Source: an uncultured Campylobacter sp. (GTDB lineage: Bacteria; Campylobacterota; Campylobacteria; Campylobacterales; Campylobacteraceae). From it: a stretch of DNA of 41,594 nucleotides. The notes beneath the pieces were generated by a model. That model did no database searches and was not told where the DNA came from. It saw nothing but the letters and a program-made list of their open reading frames with translations. Shown here one piece after another: positions 1-10,098 of this stretch (within the stretch, counting starts at the first letter, position 1; each line of letters opens with the position of its first letter). A program made the position numbers and the translations under genes. The stretch covers positions 1 to 41,594 of the forward strand of contig NZ_CALHII010000148.1 of assembly GCF_938030815.1 (NCBI RefSeq), given 5' to 3'.

Positions 1-234
1 CAAGAAATCTTCATTTAGCGCAATCACCCGCGGCAACACCCGATCAGTGCCATGGTCATAATCTGGATCAGGAAAACTATAAATTTTCCACAGCCAACAA
101 TCCGCATCTCGATCAATAGTCCAACCAAGCTCGTTAATAAAAGTCTCATAGTATGGATTATATTTGTAGTAAATTTTACTCAATCCATACTTCTCATCAT
201 CCTCTTTAGTGATAATTGCATTTTCAAACGCCAT
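1..234 (-). CDS. Hypothetical protein, partial at window edge; paralog of the 264..721 gene, similarity stops abruptly after about 63 codons
   Basis: Not in the ORF track. Read manually: AGGAGGAGAGA-ATG at 234, MAFENAIITKEDDEKYGLSKIYYKYNPYYETFINELGWTIDRDADCWLWKIYSFPDPDYDHGT, frame open to base 1. Confidence 0.75.
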   Translation of the reverse strand, partial: MAFENAIITKEDDEKYGLSKIYYKYNPYYETFINELGWTIDRDADCWLWKIYSFPDPDYDHGTDRVLPRVIALNEDFL

Positions 235-263
235 TCTCTCCTCCTTAAGAAATTTTAATAATT

Positions 264-721
264 TTAGATTTTACGATCGGTTAGGTCTTGGAGCTCCATA
301 GTGTAGTTCGGGATTTGCTCCCATATACCATCATATCCATATGCTTGCAAAGCATTGTCTAGAAGTATAATTATTCATCCCTTGAAATCAATTTAGTTTG
401 TTTTGGATTTAGATCAAGTAGTTGCCAAATTCTATGAAATTGCTTAGGTATTAGCGCCCTATTGATGTCATAATCAAGGACAACTTCAATGATTTCACCT
501 TTATAATATAAAATCCAAATAGCTTTAACAAGAGTTCCATGATCATATTCGGGATCGGGAAAATAAAAAATATCCCATAGCCAGCAATCAGGCTCTCTGC
601 TTATCACCCAATCTTGTTTATTGATAAAAACTTCGCGTTTCGGATTATATTTGTAGTAAATTTCACTCAATCCATACTTCTCATCATCCTCTTTAGTGAT
701 GATTGCATTTTCAAATGCCAT
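264..721 (-). pseudogene. Hypothetical (immunity-like) protein with a one-base frameshift near 373
   Basis: AGGAG RBS then ATG at 721 (MAFENAIITKEDDEKYGLSEIYY...). Stops at TAA 371-373, but one added A in GAA-TAA continues as IIILLDNALQAYGYDGIWEQIPNYTMELQDLTDRKI to TAA 264-266, 30 bp before the next paralog's start. Confidence 0.65.
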
Positions 722-1118
722 CTGCGCTCCTTGGAATTCAAAATTTAGCGTACAAGCAGAAATTTCAAGTGCAAATTTTATGCAAAATCCGCGACGCAGC
801 CGAAACCGCAGACATGGAAATTTCAAACTTACCGCGCTCAAAGATAGACCGGCGAGATTGCCGCGACCGCTAACTCCGCTCGCCGCGGATATACTTGCTC
901 TCTAGCCGCGGCAAAGCAAACGCGGCTCGTCAGTAAAGCTAGCGATAAAATTAATCGTAACCCATCCGCAAAATGGCATAACTGCACGATTTGCGGACGG
1001 ACTAGCAAAGTCACGACGAGCCGATTAAAATTTAAGCTTTAGCTTGCGACGCTTAAAAGCCGATTAAGCTTAGACGCGGTGCGGGCGGTGTGCTGCGACA
1101 CGGTGTCTAGGCTTCAAG

Positions 1119-1973
1119 CTACATTAAGACTGGAATTTTCGTCTTTTGTAGGAAGTATTTCGACGCGCCGCCTAGGAATATCTCCTTTATGCCGCTGTCC
1201 GAGTGCAAGCCCGCGACTATGAGGTCGAAATCGCCCGCGTCGGCATACTCTAGTAGCACCTGCCCAGGGATCTTGCCCTCGGCGTTTAACGCCTCAAAAA
1301 CATCAATTTTAACGTCATGCAAGGCTAGATAATCGCTTATGCGGCGCTTAGTTTCGGCAAGATCATCCTGAAGGTAGTGATTTGCGGTAATGACGGTGAT
1401 AGATTTGGCGTGCTGCAAAAGCTCCAGCCAATTATCAAGCGCCCTTGCAGATGCCGCAGTGCCGGTAAGCGAAACTAAAATTTTATCCGCCTTGAACTCC
1501 TGCAGCTTGCGCGGTATGACGATGCAAGGCTTGCCACTTTTGGTAACCGCAGCCTCAAACGTACCCGTGATAGAGCCCGTAGGCGGCACCGAGACCAGCA
1601 CCAAATCGCAATATTTAGAGTATTTCTCGACCAGCTCGGAGCGGATACCCACCATATGCCTCAAAGCGGCGCTATTTGGGACGTGATCGTCGTCGTTTTG
1701 ATCTAGGCCCAGCTTGGCGCATTCAGTGTCGAAGATAGCTTTGATCACCTCGCGCTCAGCCCTCATCTCATCGCCCGCTGATTTTAAAAATTCCTCCATC
1801 AGCACGCCGCCTTTTAGCGTTATACGCACATTGTAGATCATCTTAGGATCGAGCTGGCACGCCATTATGTTGATGTGTGTGCCGAAAAATTTATTCACGA
1901 GCAGCGCTCCGTGTATGCGCTCTGCCAGCTCCTCGCCGCCGCCAATAGGGAAAAAAATCTTTTTAAGCTGCAT
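1119..1973 (-). CDS. Universal stress protein (UspA family, two-domain)
   Basis: C-terminal DLIVAG...FLGGASKYFLQKTKIPVL Usp motif; AGGAG RBS. Confidence 0.85.
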   Translation of the reverse strand: MQLKKIFFPIGGGEELAERIHGALLVNKFFGTHINIMACQLDPKMIYNVRITLKGGVLMEEFLKSAGDEMRAEREVIKAIFDTECAKLGLDQNDDDHVPNSAALRHMVGIRSELVEKYSKYCDLVLVSVPPTGSITGTFEAAVTKSGKPCIVIPRKLQEFKADKILVSLTGTAASARALDNWLELLQHAKSITVITANHYLQDDLAETKRRISDYLALHDVKIDVFEALNAEGKIPGQVLLEYADAGDFDLIVAGLHSDSGIKEIFLGGASKYFLQKTKIPVLM

Positions 1974-1994
1974 CTTTACGCTCCTATTAAAATT

Positions 1995-4109
1995 TTAAGC
2001 TAATTCCAGTGAAATTTTAGTGCCTTTCTGATCGGTCACGCGCACTCGCACCACGTCGCCCGCCTTGTAAGGCGTCGTGATAAATTTAGCGCGCAGCAGT
2101 CCGTCCACGCCGTCTCGCAGCGAGATAAAGGTGCCGAAATCCAGCACGCTTTGCACCACGCCGTCAAACTCCTCGCCGATCTGAAATTTTACCTCTTTGC
2201 GTTCACCGCGCGGCTTACGAAAATCGCGAGAATTTGAGACTATCGATAAAATTTTCTCTTTCGCGCCCGATACGGCGCTAGCTTTGGCACCCTGGATCTT
2301 GACCTCGCCCTTTTCGCGATCCAGATCGATATTTACGCCGAAGCTTTCGGTGATCTCTTTGATGACCTTGCCACCCTGGCCGATGATGTCTGGGATTTTG
2401 CTCGCCTCGACACTAAAAATTTCAAGCTTCGGAAGCACGTCCTCGTTTATAACGATCGCCGCATCCGCCTGCTCCATCAAGCCCAAAATATGCGCGCGAG
2501 CCTGCTTTGCCTGCGCTAGAGCCTCTTTTAAAACCTCTAGGCTGATGCCGCCGAGCTTGATATCCATCTGAAGCGCGGTGATGCCATCATATGTGCCCGC
2601 GACCTTGAAATCCATATCGCCGTCGTGATCCTCAAGCCCCATTATGTCGGTTAGCACGGCGTGTTTTTCGCCCTCAAAAATCAAGCCCATCGCGACGCCC
2701 GCAACGAGCTTTAACGTAGATACGCCCGCTGCTCGAAGAGAAAGTGCGCCGCCGCAGACCGAAGCCATCGAGCTTGAGCCGTTGCTCTCTAAAATTTCGC
2801 TTACTACGCGGATAGACTGCGGCGAGTTTAGATCGATACTCGGATATAGCGCTCTTTTGGCTAAATTTCCATGTCCCAGCTCACGTCTGCCGGGGCTTTT
2901 GAGCGGGCTTGCTTCGCCTACGCAAAAGCCCGGAAAGTTGTAGTTAAACATAAATCTATCGTTGATCGGCTCGAGCTGCGTTAGGCTGTCGCTTAGCTGC
3001 GCGTCGCTATCGCCGCCTAGCGTGGTGACGACCAAAGCCTGCGTCTGCCCGCGCGTAAATAGGCAGCTTCCATGCGCGCACGGCAGGATGTTTGTCTCGA
3101 TACTGATCGGGCGCACCTCATCAAGCGCGCGTCCGTCGGCTCTGCGGCGATCCTCGATGATCTGCGTGCGGATGATGCCGCGCTTATACTTGCCGATGAC
3201 GCTGGAGATTACTTCTTTGCTCCACTCGTTTTGCGCCGCAGCTTCGGTAGTTAAAATTTGATCTACGATTCTGTTTAGCTCGGTAGCGCGCTCACTCTTT
3301 GCCATCTGATTGATCGCCGCTTTAACGGCGTCTTTATAATTTGCGTCGATGAAGTCCGCAATATCCTCATCCTCGATCTCGGGTTTATACTCTAGGCTCG
3401 CATCGGGCTTTTTAAGCGGCAAAAAAGCCTCTTCGTAGGCGCCCGAGCCCGCGCTTATCGCCTTTGCGGCAAAATCGATCGCATCTACCATCAGATCTTC
3501 GCTAAATTCATTCATCTGTTGCGTGCCGCCTCTAATTTGGGGCAGGGAGCGCATCTCGATCATCAAAAGCTCATCGCCGACGCCCGCTACGTAAAGATCG
3601 AGCGCACTAGCTTTAAGCGCGGAGTTGCTAGGATTTAAGATGAAGTTTCCGTTTTGATAGCCTACGCGCACGCCGCAAACGGGCGCCTTAATCGGGATAT
3701 CGCTAAGATACAGCGCCGCAGACGCCGCATTAAGAGCAACGACTTGCAGATCGACTTCGGGATCTGCCGATAGCACGTAAACTACGATCTGCGTCGGATA
3801 TGCGTATCCCTTTGGAAAGAGCGGGCGCAGCGAGCGGTCTATGATGCGGCTGGTAAGCGTCTCAAAATCGCCCGGCTTGGTCTCGCGCTTGATATAGCCT
3901 CCCGGGATTCTGCCTGCCGCGTACATCTTTTCGATATATTGCACAGTAAGGGGCAAAAAGTCCTCCTGCACCTGCGTCTCTTCGCGCGCTACGGTAGCTA
4001 GCACGACGGTGTTTTTAACGCGCAAAAGCGCCGCGCCCGCGGCTTGTTTCGCAACTTTGTCGATATCGAAAATTTCGGTATTACCATTTACTTCAATTTT
4101 ACACTGCAT
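1995..4109 (-). CDS. pnp: Polyribonucleotide nucleotidyltransferase (PNPase)
   Basis: [44 protein letters not shown] motifs; KH and S1 domains. Confidence 0.98.
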   Translation of the reverse strand: MQCKIEVNGNTEIFDIDKVAKQAAGAALLRVKNTVVLATVAREETQVQEDFLPLTVQYIEKMYAAGRIPGGYIKRETKPGDFETLTSRIIDRSLRPLFPKGYAYPTQIVVYVLSADPEVDLQVVALNAASAALYLSDIPIKAPVCGVRVGYQNGNFILNPSNSALKASALDLYVAGVGDELLMIEMRSLPQIRGGTQQMNEFSEDLMVDAIDFAAKAISAGSGAYEEAFLPLKKPDASLEYKPEIEDEDIADFIDANYKDAVKAAINQMAKSERATELNRIVDQILTTEAAAQNEWSKEVISSVIGKYKRGIIRTQIIEDRRRADGRALDEVRPISIETNILPCAHGSCLFTRGQTQALVVTTLGGDSDAQLSDSLTQLEPINDRFMFNYNFPGFCVGEASPLKSPGRRELGHGNLAKRALYPSIDLNSPQSIRVVSEILESNGSSSMASVCGGALSLRAAGVSTLKLVAGVAMGLIFEGEKHAVLTDIMGLEDHDGDMDFKVAGTYDGITALQMDIKLGGISLEVLKEALAQAKQARAHILGLMEQADAAIVINEDVLPKLEIFSVEASKIPDIIGQGGKVIKEITESFGVNIDLDREKGEVKIQGAKASAVSGAKEKILSIVSNSRDFRKPRGERKEVKFQIGEEFDGVVQSVLDFGTFISLRDGVDGLLRAKFITTPYKAGDVVRVRVTDQKGTKISLELA

Positions 4110-4812
4110 TAATTTTCTCCTTGTTTTTGTTGGTTTCGTGAAACGGCAGATAAAGCGGGCATTTGTTTAAAATTTGCATTATCTCCTCCGCGCTTGAGAG
4201 CGTTTTTTCTTTGTAATAAAAATCCACGTTCACAAAATCTCTGATCTTATGAACAGCATAAATTCCATCTACTAGCATGGCGATCTCGTCTGCATTATCG
4301 CTGCCGATAACGGGAGTGGCGTAAAAGATCGCTTTGGCGTTTAAGCTTACGAGCGTTTTTATGCAAGTAAGCGCGGTCAGCCCGCTCTCACACCCTTCAT
4401 CTACCAAGATGACGTTTTTTTTCTCCAAATTTCCCAAAAGCTCGCCCTTGCGAAATTTATACATGTTTTTTAAAATTTTCTCCTCATAAAGTCTGTTTGC
4501 CTGTCCGTAAACATAATCCAGGCTGATGCCAAAGCTTCGCACGAGCTCATCTACCATCACGATCTCTTGGGTTTCGCTTACGCACGCGATCGCGCATTCC
4601 GGATTATTTGGCGCTAAAACAGGCTCTGTGAATAAAAACTCATAATGAAGTCCCAGTTTTAAGGCAAGATGGTTTGCGATAGGAAGCGACTCCAGGGATT
4701 GAGCGATTATTAGAAAATTTTCGTTTTTGATCACGGTAGCGGGTAAAATTTCTGCGAGTTTCATCGCGGCGTCGATTTGGTTTTCAAACATCAGCTCAGC
4801 TCTAGGCGTCAT
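4099..4812 (-). CDS. Phosphoribosyltransferase-family protein
   Basis: [17 protein letters not shown]-binding-like loop; usual position between lptD and pnp in Campylobacter. Confidence 0.8.
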   Translation of the reverse strand: MTPRAELMFENQIDAAMKLAEILPATVIKNENFLIIAQSLESLPIANHLALKLGLHYEFLFTEPVLAPNNPECAIACVSETQEIVMVDELVRSFGISLDYVYGQANRLYEEKILKNMYKFRKGELLGNLEKKNVILVDEGCESGLTALTCIKTLVSLNAKAIFYATPVIGSDNADEIAMLVDGIYAVHKIRDFVNVDFYYKEKTLSSAEEIMQILNKCPLYLPFHETNKNKEKINAV

Positions 4813-7070
4813 TATTTTTCGCTTCCGTATTCGCTATCTACTGAAAAATCATACCCTACTCCGCCGAACGGATAGAAATTTACGAGAAAGTAAATTCCGC
4901 GCTCCTTGCTTGCTTTGCTGTAGCCCGTCGTACTGGTATTTTTAGGCTCGATATCCTCTTGATACACAAAAGAGTAATTCCAACACTTGCGCGTATGAGA
5001 AAGTCCCACGCGCCACATTTTAGAATAAGATCGCTCCAAGTCGTAATCCCAACGCCCAAAAATTTTATTATTCCTAGGCAAATTTACCGAAGCGTTTACG
5101 ATACCGTAGTTATCTTTCGTATAGCGTTTAGGCTCCATGCTAAGTTTTTCATATTCGTAAGCGTGACTAAGTCCAAAGCTAAAGTCGTCGTTGGAGTAGT
5201 TGGCGTAGGTATAGACCTTATCGAAGCTTTTATATTTATGCGAGTAGGTAAAGCGGTTTCCGATATTTAGCCCATTTGCAAAATACGCATCGATGCGGTG
5301 TTCTAAATCGTCGAACTCATGATCGTCGAAGTCATATCGCTGCTTGACGCTATGGCGTAAGAATTTACGTCCGTCTTCATTATAGAAAAACTGCGTCATA
5401 CTTAAAGCTGCATTTTCGTGGGTGTATTCGTCACTAAGCTCACTTAAGAAGTTATCCTCCCAATAAAGCGAGTCTTGCAAGTTACCCAGCCGCGAGCGAT
5501 CTACTGCGCCGCGAGCAAGGTCGTATTTATACTGATGATACTTTAAAATTCTATCCTCTATATCGCCTTGCTGCCATTCGGGAATTCTAAAATCCGCCCT
5601 CCAGCTCATCGTATGATACAAGCTATCGTAAGCCCTGGCTACGTCGGTGTAGAGCGAAAGCTCGGTGTATTGATTAGCGTAGAAAGTGCTTTTATCCTCG
5701 CCAAGATCTCCGTTTGCGTAGTAAAATTTATCGTGCCAATCGATATTGGTCATATACACTCGCTCGGTAAAGGCGAAATTTAAATAATCCGCCAGTAGCG
5801 GCGTGCTTATACTAATCGGTACGTCAAACTCGTATTGGCGAGCAGTCGCGCCCTCCCATCTGGTGTAATTACGCGCCTTCGCATCAAGCGAATAGATCAA
5901 ATTTGGCAGTCCCAAATCATTGCTAAATTTATGATATTGCAGCGTCGGAAGCTCTTGGACGGTATCTTCGTTGCGGAAGGTATTATCGGCGTTTAGCTTA
6001 CTCGTATCGATGTAGTAGCGTCCGTAAGCGCCAAAATAGTGCTCGTCTGAGGTCAAATAATAATTCAGCCGTGAAGTTACGAGCGAATTATCCGCATCGT
6101 CGCTAAGACCGCCCTTTTCCTTCAGATCGTAGTATTCCAGATCGTTTAGCTGAGTAAAATCGATCCATAAATTTTCGCGCAGATCGCCGTCTAGCAGATA
6201 TGTCGCGAGCTTGCTGCGATCGTATTGAACTTCAAATCCGTGGTGGCGCTCGTTTTTGTATTCGAGCCGCTTTTGCGCTCGCGAAAAGTTATCGAAAACT
6301 CCGCCTCTAATCTCGCCGTAAGAATACGGCGACTCCGTGAAGCGAAAGGTGCCGTATGCGCCAAAGCCCCTGCGCGTGCGCACCTGCGGATCGAGCTGAA
6401 AATCCCAGCTATCGTAAGGCGCAAAATAGATCGGCTGCTTGTAGTAGATCCCCTCCTTGCTGATGTAGCCGGCCTCTGGAGGCAGTAGGCCCGTGCGGCG
6501 CGTGCGATCAGTCGGGAAGCCGAAATACGGCAGATAGAGCACCGGCACATCGCCCACGTAAAATCTCGGATTGAAAAGATGGAGGAATTTGCTCTCTTTA
6601 TTGAGCATGCCGCTACTAAATTTGATGCGCCAATCAGGATCGGTGACGTTGCAGCTAGATACGCTGGAGCCCTCCACGCGGTAATACTCGCTGTCGCTGC
6701 AGCTAGCGTCGTTTTGCATCCAAAGCTCGGAGTCCTTGTCCATCATAAAATTTACGTCGGCTTCCTGCTTGTCGTTTTTCAGATCGATTTTGACATGCTG
6801 CGCACGCGTAGTTTCGCTGCTACCGCGCATCGCATTGACGTTACCAAAAAGCTCAATGATACCATTTTGCTCGTCGTATGTAGCGCGATCGGCGGTGATG
6901 AAGTAGTCCTGCGAATACACCGTTACGTTGCCACTAGCCTCCGTCAAAAAGCCGTTTTTCTCGACATTATCTGCTATAAGCTCGACGTCTTGGACCTTTG
7001 CGCTCGCACTGCTTGCTAAAAGAGCGCTAAAACTGAGCGCTAGAATTTTAAATTTTTTACTCTTTTTCAA
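4812..7070 (-). CDS. lptD: LPS-assembly outer membrane protein LptD (OstA)
   Basis: Signal peptide, OstA-like N-domain, VPVLYLPYFGFP..RRTGLLPP motif, CW near C-terminus, aromatic-rich barrel. Confidence 0.9.
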   Translation of the reverse strand: MKKSKKFKILALSFSALLASSASAKVQDVELIADNVEKNGFLTEASGNVTVYSQDYFITADRATYDEQNGIIELFGNVNAMRGSSETTRAQHVKIDLKNDKQEADVNFMMDKDSELWMQNDASCSDSEYYRVEGSSVSSCNVTDPDWRIKFSSGMLNKESKFLHLFNPRFYVGDVPVLYLPYFGFPTDRTRRTGLLPPEAGYISKEGIYYKQPIYFAPYDSWDFQLDPQVRTRRGFGAYGTFRFTESPYSYGEIRGGVFDNFSRAQKRLEYKNERHHGFEVQYDRSKLATYLLDGDLRENLWIDFTQLNDLEYYDLKEKGGLSDDADNSLVTSRLNYYLTSDEHYFGAYGRYYIDTSKLNADNTFRNEDTVQELPTLQYHKFSNDLGLPNLIYSLDAKARNYTRWEGATARQYEFDVPISISTPLLADYLNFAFTERVYMTNIDWHDKFYYANGDLGEDKSTFYANQYTELSLYTDVARAYDSLYHTMSWRADFRIPEWQQGDIEDRILKYHQYKYDLARGAVDRSRLGNLQDSLYWEDNFLSELSDEYTHENAALSMTQFFYNEDGRKFLRHSVKQRYDFDDHEFDDLEHRIDAYFANGLNIGNRFTYSHKYKSFDKVYTYANYSNDDFSFGLSHAYEYEKLSMEPKRYTKDNYGIVNASVNLPRNNKIFGRWDYDLERSYSKMWRVGLSHTRKCWNYSFVYQEDIEPKNTSTTGYSKASKERGIYFLVNFYPFGGVGYDFSVDSEYGSEK

Positions 7071-7494
7071 TCTCTACCACCAATGTTTTCGCCGCCATAT
7101 CGTGCAGGCTCTGACGCGAGTTCGTAAAAAGCGCCACCAAAAATCCCATATAAAAGATCATCTCGCTTATCAACCTAACCGCCGCGCGGATCGCTGCAGT
7201 AGCGATATCCATAGAGCTGCCGTCGGCGCGGACGCAATAAATTTTAACCGCAAGCTTGCCTAGCGTCGCGCCGTATAGATAGACAAAAATCGCCTGATAT
7301 AAAAATTTTATTATCGCGTAATGCAAAATGAATTTTGACGCAATCTTTTGTACCTCAAGATTGCTTCCGCTCTGCGCCGCTGCGACAAGCTCTGGCTCGT
7401 CAATAGCAAATAGCACGACTACAAAAAGCGTTACGCTCACCGCTTCGTCGATACTAAACGCGATTACGCGCTTGCTAAGCGGAGCGACGATCAA
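7057..7494 (-). CDS. RDD family membrane protein
   Basis: [28 protein letters not shown] motifs. Confidence 0.9.
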   Translation of the reverse strand: MIVAPLSKRVIAFSIDEAVSVTLFVVVLFAIDEPELVAAAQSGSNLEVQKIASKFILHYAIIKFLYQAIFVYLYGATLGKLAVKIYCVRADGSSMDIATAAIRAAVRLISEMIFYMGFLVALFTNSRQSLHDMAAKTLVVEIEKE

Positions 7495-8747
7495 ATTTTA
7501 TCTCTTAAGGCTTGGTGCGCGATATCACGCCTATACTGCGCGCCGCTAAATTTTATATTTTCGCACAGCGCGTAAGCCGCGTCCCGCGCCTGCTTTAGGC
7601 TCTGCGCGACGCCCACGCTTACCAAAACGCGCCCGCCGCTAGCGTAAATCCGCCCCTCTCGCTCACTCACGCCTGCGTAGCAGATATGTGCGCCCGCAGG
7701 AATTTCGCCGACCTCGATCAAAGTAGGCTGCGAAGAGCCGTAAGGGTAGCGCTCGCTAGCCATTACGACGCCCACCGCAAATCGCTCTTTTAAGCTTATA
7801 CTACTTAGCTTGCCTACGGCGGCGTTGTATAAAATTTCGCTCAAATTTCCGTCGATTAGCGGCATCAAAACCTCGCACTCGGGATCGCCGAAACGGACAT
7901 TGTACTCCAGCACGTAAGGCTCGCCGCTCACGATCATAAGCCCTACGAATAGCACGCCGCAAAATGGCGCGCCCTGCTGCCGCATCCCTTTTAGCGTGGG
8001 TGAGACGATCTCGCTTTCTACTCTTTTTATCAGTGCGGCATCCGCTAGCGGGCTTGGCGCATAAGCTCCCATACCGCCGGTGTTCGGGCCTAGATCGCCG
8101 TCAAGCAATTTTTTATGATCCTGCGCTACGGGCAAGCTTACGAAATTTTCCCCGTCGCAGATCGCAAAAAAGCTCAGCTCGAAGCCCTCTAAAAACTCCT
8201 CCACAACGACGCGCTTGCCCGCTTCGCCGAAGCTTTCGCCGCTTAGCATATCTGCAGCGGCTTTTTTAGCTTCATCTTTGGAATTTGCGATGATGACGCC
8301 CTTGCCCGCGCACAGGCCGTCTGCTTTGACCACGACGCGGCCGTTTAGAGTATCGATAAATTTTGAAATTTCGGAGAGATCGTCGCTGCTTAGAAATTTT
8401 GCGGTTTTGATATGATTTCGCGCCAGAAAGTCCTTCATATAGACCTTAGAGCCCTCAAGCTTCGCCGCAGCGGCGCTGGGACCGAATATCGCGAGACCCT
8501 GCGCTTTGAAAATATCCACGATGCCTTTTGTAAGCGGCTCTTCGGCACCCACGATAGTAAGAGTTACGTCGTTGTTTTTCGCAAAGAGCGCAAGTTCATC
8601 AAAATCTTTTAAATCTAAATTTTTACCGAGCGCCTTTGTAGCGCCGTTCCCTGGAGCGAAATACAGATTTAAAACGTTTTTATCCTCGCGAAGTCTTAGC
8701 CCGATCGCGTATTCTCTACCGCCGCCGCCGATTATTAGGATATTCAA
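7491..8747 (-). CDS. purD: Phosphoribosylamine--glycine ligase
   Basis: [46 protein letters not shown] start with GGAGG RBS. Confidence 0.98.
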   Translation of the reverse strand: MNILIIGGGGREYAIGLRLREDKNVLNLYFAPGNGATKALGKNLDLKDFDELALFAKNNDVTLTIVGAEEPLTKGIVDIFKAQGLAIFGPSAAAAKLEGSKVYMKDFLARNHIKTAKFLSSDDLSEISKFIDTLNGRVVVKADGLCAGKGVIIANSKDEAKKAAADMLSGESFGEAGKRVVVEEFLEGFELSFFAICDGENFVSLPVAQDHKKLLDGDLGPNTGGMGAYAPSPLADAALIKRVESEIVSPTLKGMRQQGAPFCGVLFVGLMIVSGEPYVLEYNVRFGDPECEVLMPLIDGNLSEILYNAAVGKLSSISLKERFAVGVVMASERYPYGSSQPTLIEVGEIPAGAHICYAGVSEREGRIYASGGRVLVSVGVAQSLKQARDAAYALCENIKFSGAQYRRDIAHQALRDKI

Positions 8748-8765
8748 TGAAGCCTCCGTAACGTA

Positions 8766-8960
8766 AAAAACCCAAGTGAGCGTTGCGTAAAAAGAATCGG
8801 CTCAAACAAAGCCAATCTTGCAACTAGGAAAAATCTCTAGGTCGCAACCCGTAACTTTAAAAAAGCTCGAGCCGAGCCGCGTCACACGGACCTCTCACGT
8901 CGTCGCTTATACAAATATGTTGAACCCTCATATAAAACGCTCTCGCTTCACCCAGGCTTA
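8766..8960 (-). ncRNA. ssrS: 6S RNA (epsilonproteobacterial 'purD motif' RNA)
   Basis: About 190 nt directly upstream of purD. The 5' end CCTGGGTGAAGCG pairs with the 3' end CGCTCACTTGGG, followed by a U run; several internal hairpins; TATAAT just upstream. This is the known location of 6S RNA in Helicobacter/Campylobacter. Ends are approximate. Confidence 0.8.
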
Positions 8961-8966
8961 GGCAAA

Positions 8967-8972
8967 ATTATA
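8967..8972 (-). promoter_or_regulatory. sigma70 -10 box (TATAAT) for 6S RNA/purD operon
   Basis: Perfect TATAAT about 7 nt before the predicted RNA 5' end. Confidence 0.7.
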
Positions 8973-8989
8973 GTCTAAATTTGCTTAAA

Positions 8990-9622
8990 CTATGGCAAAA
9001 GCGCCAGATCGACGCAGGATTTTATCGACATTCTTTCGCAGATTATCGGCTCGCAAAGCTCGCTCAAAACGCTCGCCGTCGTCCTACCGATACAGATCGC
9101 CTTATAGCCCCCGTCCCAGCCGAAATTTGTGGTAAAGCCGCGAACGTTCTTAGGCGAGGTAAAAATCAGCGTGCTGCCTTGCGGCGGTTTTGCGGTAGCA
9201 GGCAGACTAAGGACGCAATTTTCGTAGGCGATCACGCTTTGCAGCCGCACGCCGGCGCTAGATAGAATTTGCTCCAGCTTCGATACCGTTTCGCGCGCGC
9301 GCAGATACAGCGCGTCTGCGCCTTGCAAGAGCGGCGCGATCTCGGCGGCAAACTCATTTCCGTGTCCGTGTCGCGCCACAAAAATATCGCGAAATCCAAA
9401 CTCGCGCGCGGCCGCAGCGCACGGCTCGCCGATAGCGTAAACGGGCGTATCTAAATCAAGAGAAATTTCATTAAATTTTATCGCCGCCACTGCGTTTTTG
9501 GAGGTAAAAATTAGCGCGCCCGTCTGCGCGGGCAGGCTAAATTTGAGGAATTTTATCTCGCAAACCGCAAGCTGCCTCACCTGCGGATGCTCAAATCTCG
9601 TATTGGACACTAGATATATCAA
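8990..9622 (-). CDS. hemD: Uroporphyrinogen-III synthase
   Basis: LIFTSKNAV, YAIGE, AYEN, IFTSP, CIGRTTA motifs; TTG start at 9622 with GGAGGG RBS preferred over 9634. Confidence 0.88.
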   Translation of the reverse strand: MIYLVSNTRFEHPQVRQLAVCEIKFLKFSLPAQTGALIFTSKNAVAAIKFNEISLDLDTPVYAIGEPCAAAAREFGFRDIFVARHGHGNEFAAEIAPLLQGADALYLRARETVSKLEQILSSAGVRLQSVIAYENCVLSLPATAKPPQGSTLIFTSPKNVRGFTTNFGWDGGYKAICIGRTTASVLSELCEPIICERMSIKSCVDLALLP

Positions 9623-10098
9623 AACGCCCTCCATGTTTAAATTTGCTTCGATTAAATTCCGCTCTCGAAAAAATCCGATCCGCCGTCATTAATCTTTGAG
9701 TTTAAAATTTAATTCTGCTCCGTACCGCCCTCGGCACCGATTAAAACCCGCGCGCAAAGCCTGCTCGCGCTTTCTAGCTGCACTTGGGTAACCTAGCGGC
9801 GGCACGCTTTTTAAAATTTTATCTCGCAGGCGAAGCGTCAAATTTAAATTCATCGCTTTGCGCGAGCCCTGTTTTTAAAATTTTATTTCGCAGACTGCGA
9901 CTGAAATTTCAAAATCTCGTCACAAAGCCCGTTCCGCACACAGCTAACACGCCACCGCTTGCCAATCCCGCCCAGCCCGTGTATGTGCCCACACAGATCG
10001 TCGAGCTCGCCGAATCTTAAAATTTAAAGCTGCGGCTACGAAATTTCAAAGCTACGAGCGCTAAATTTTAAAATTTCGCCGCTCTTAGCCCCTTAAAT

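Noticed and set aside
52..258. 68-aa plus-strand ORF
   Set aside because: Antisense shadow of the real minus-strand paralog starting at 234
722..841. N-terminal 40 codons of the 371..841 ORF
   Set aside because: The paralog and an AGGAG RBS place the true start at 721
9784..10020. 78-aa ORF in the hemD-argH gap
   Set aside because: No RBS or motif; composition reflects AAATTT spacer DNA
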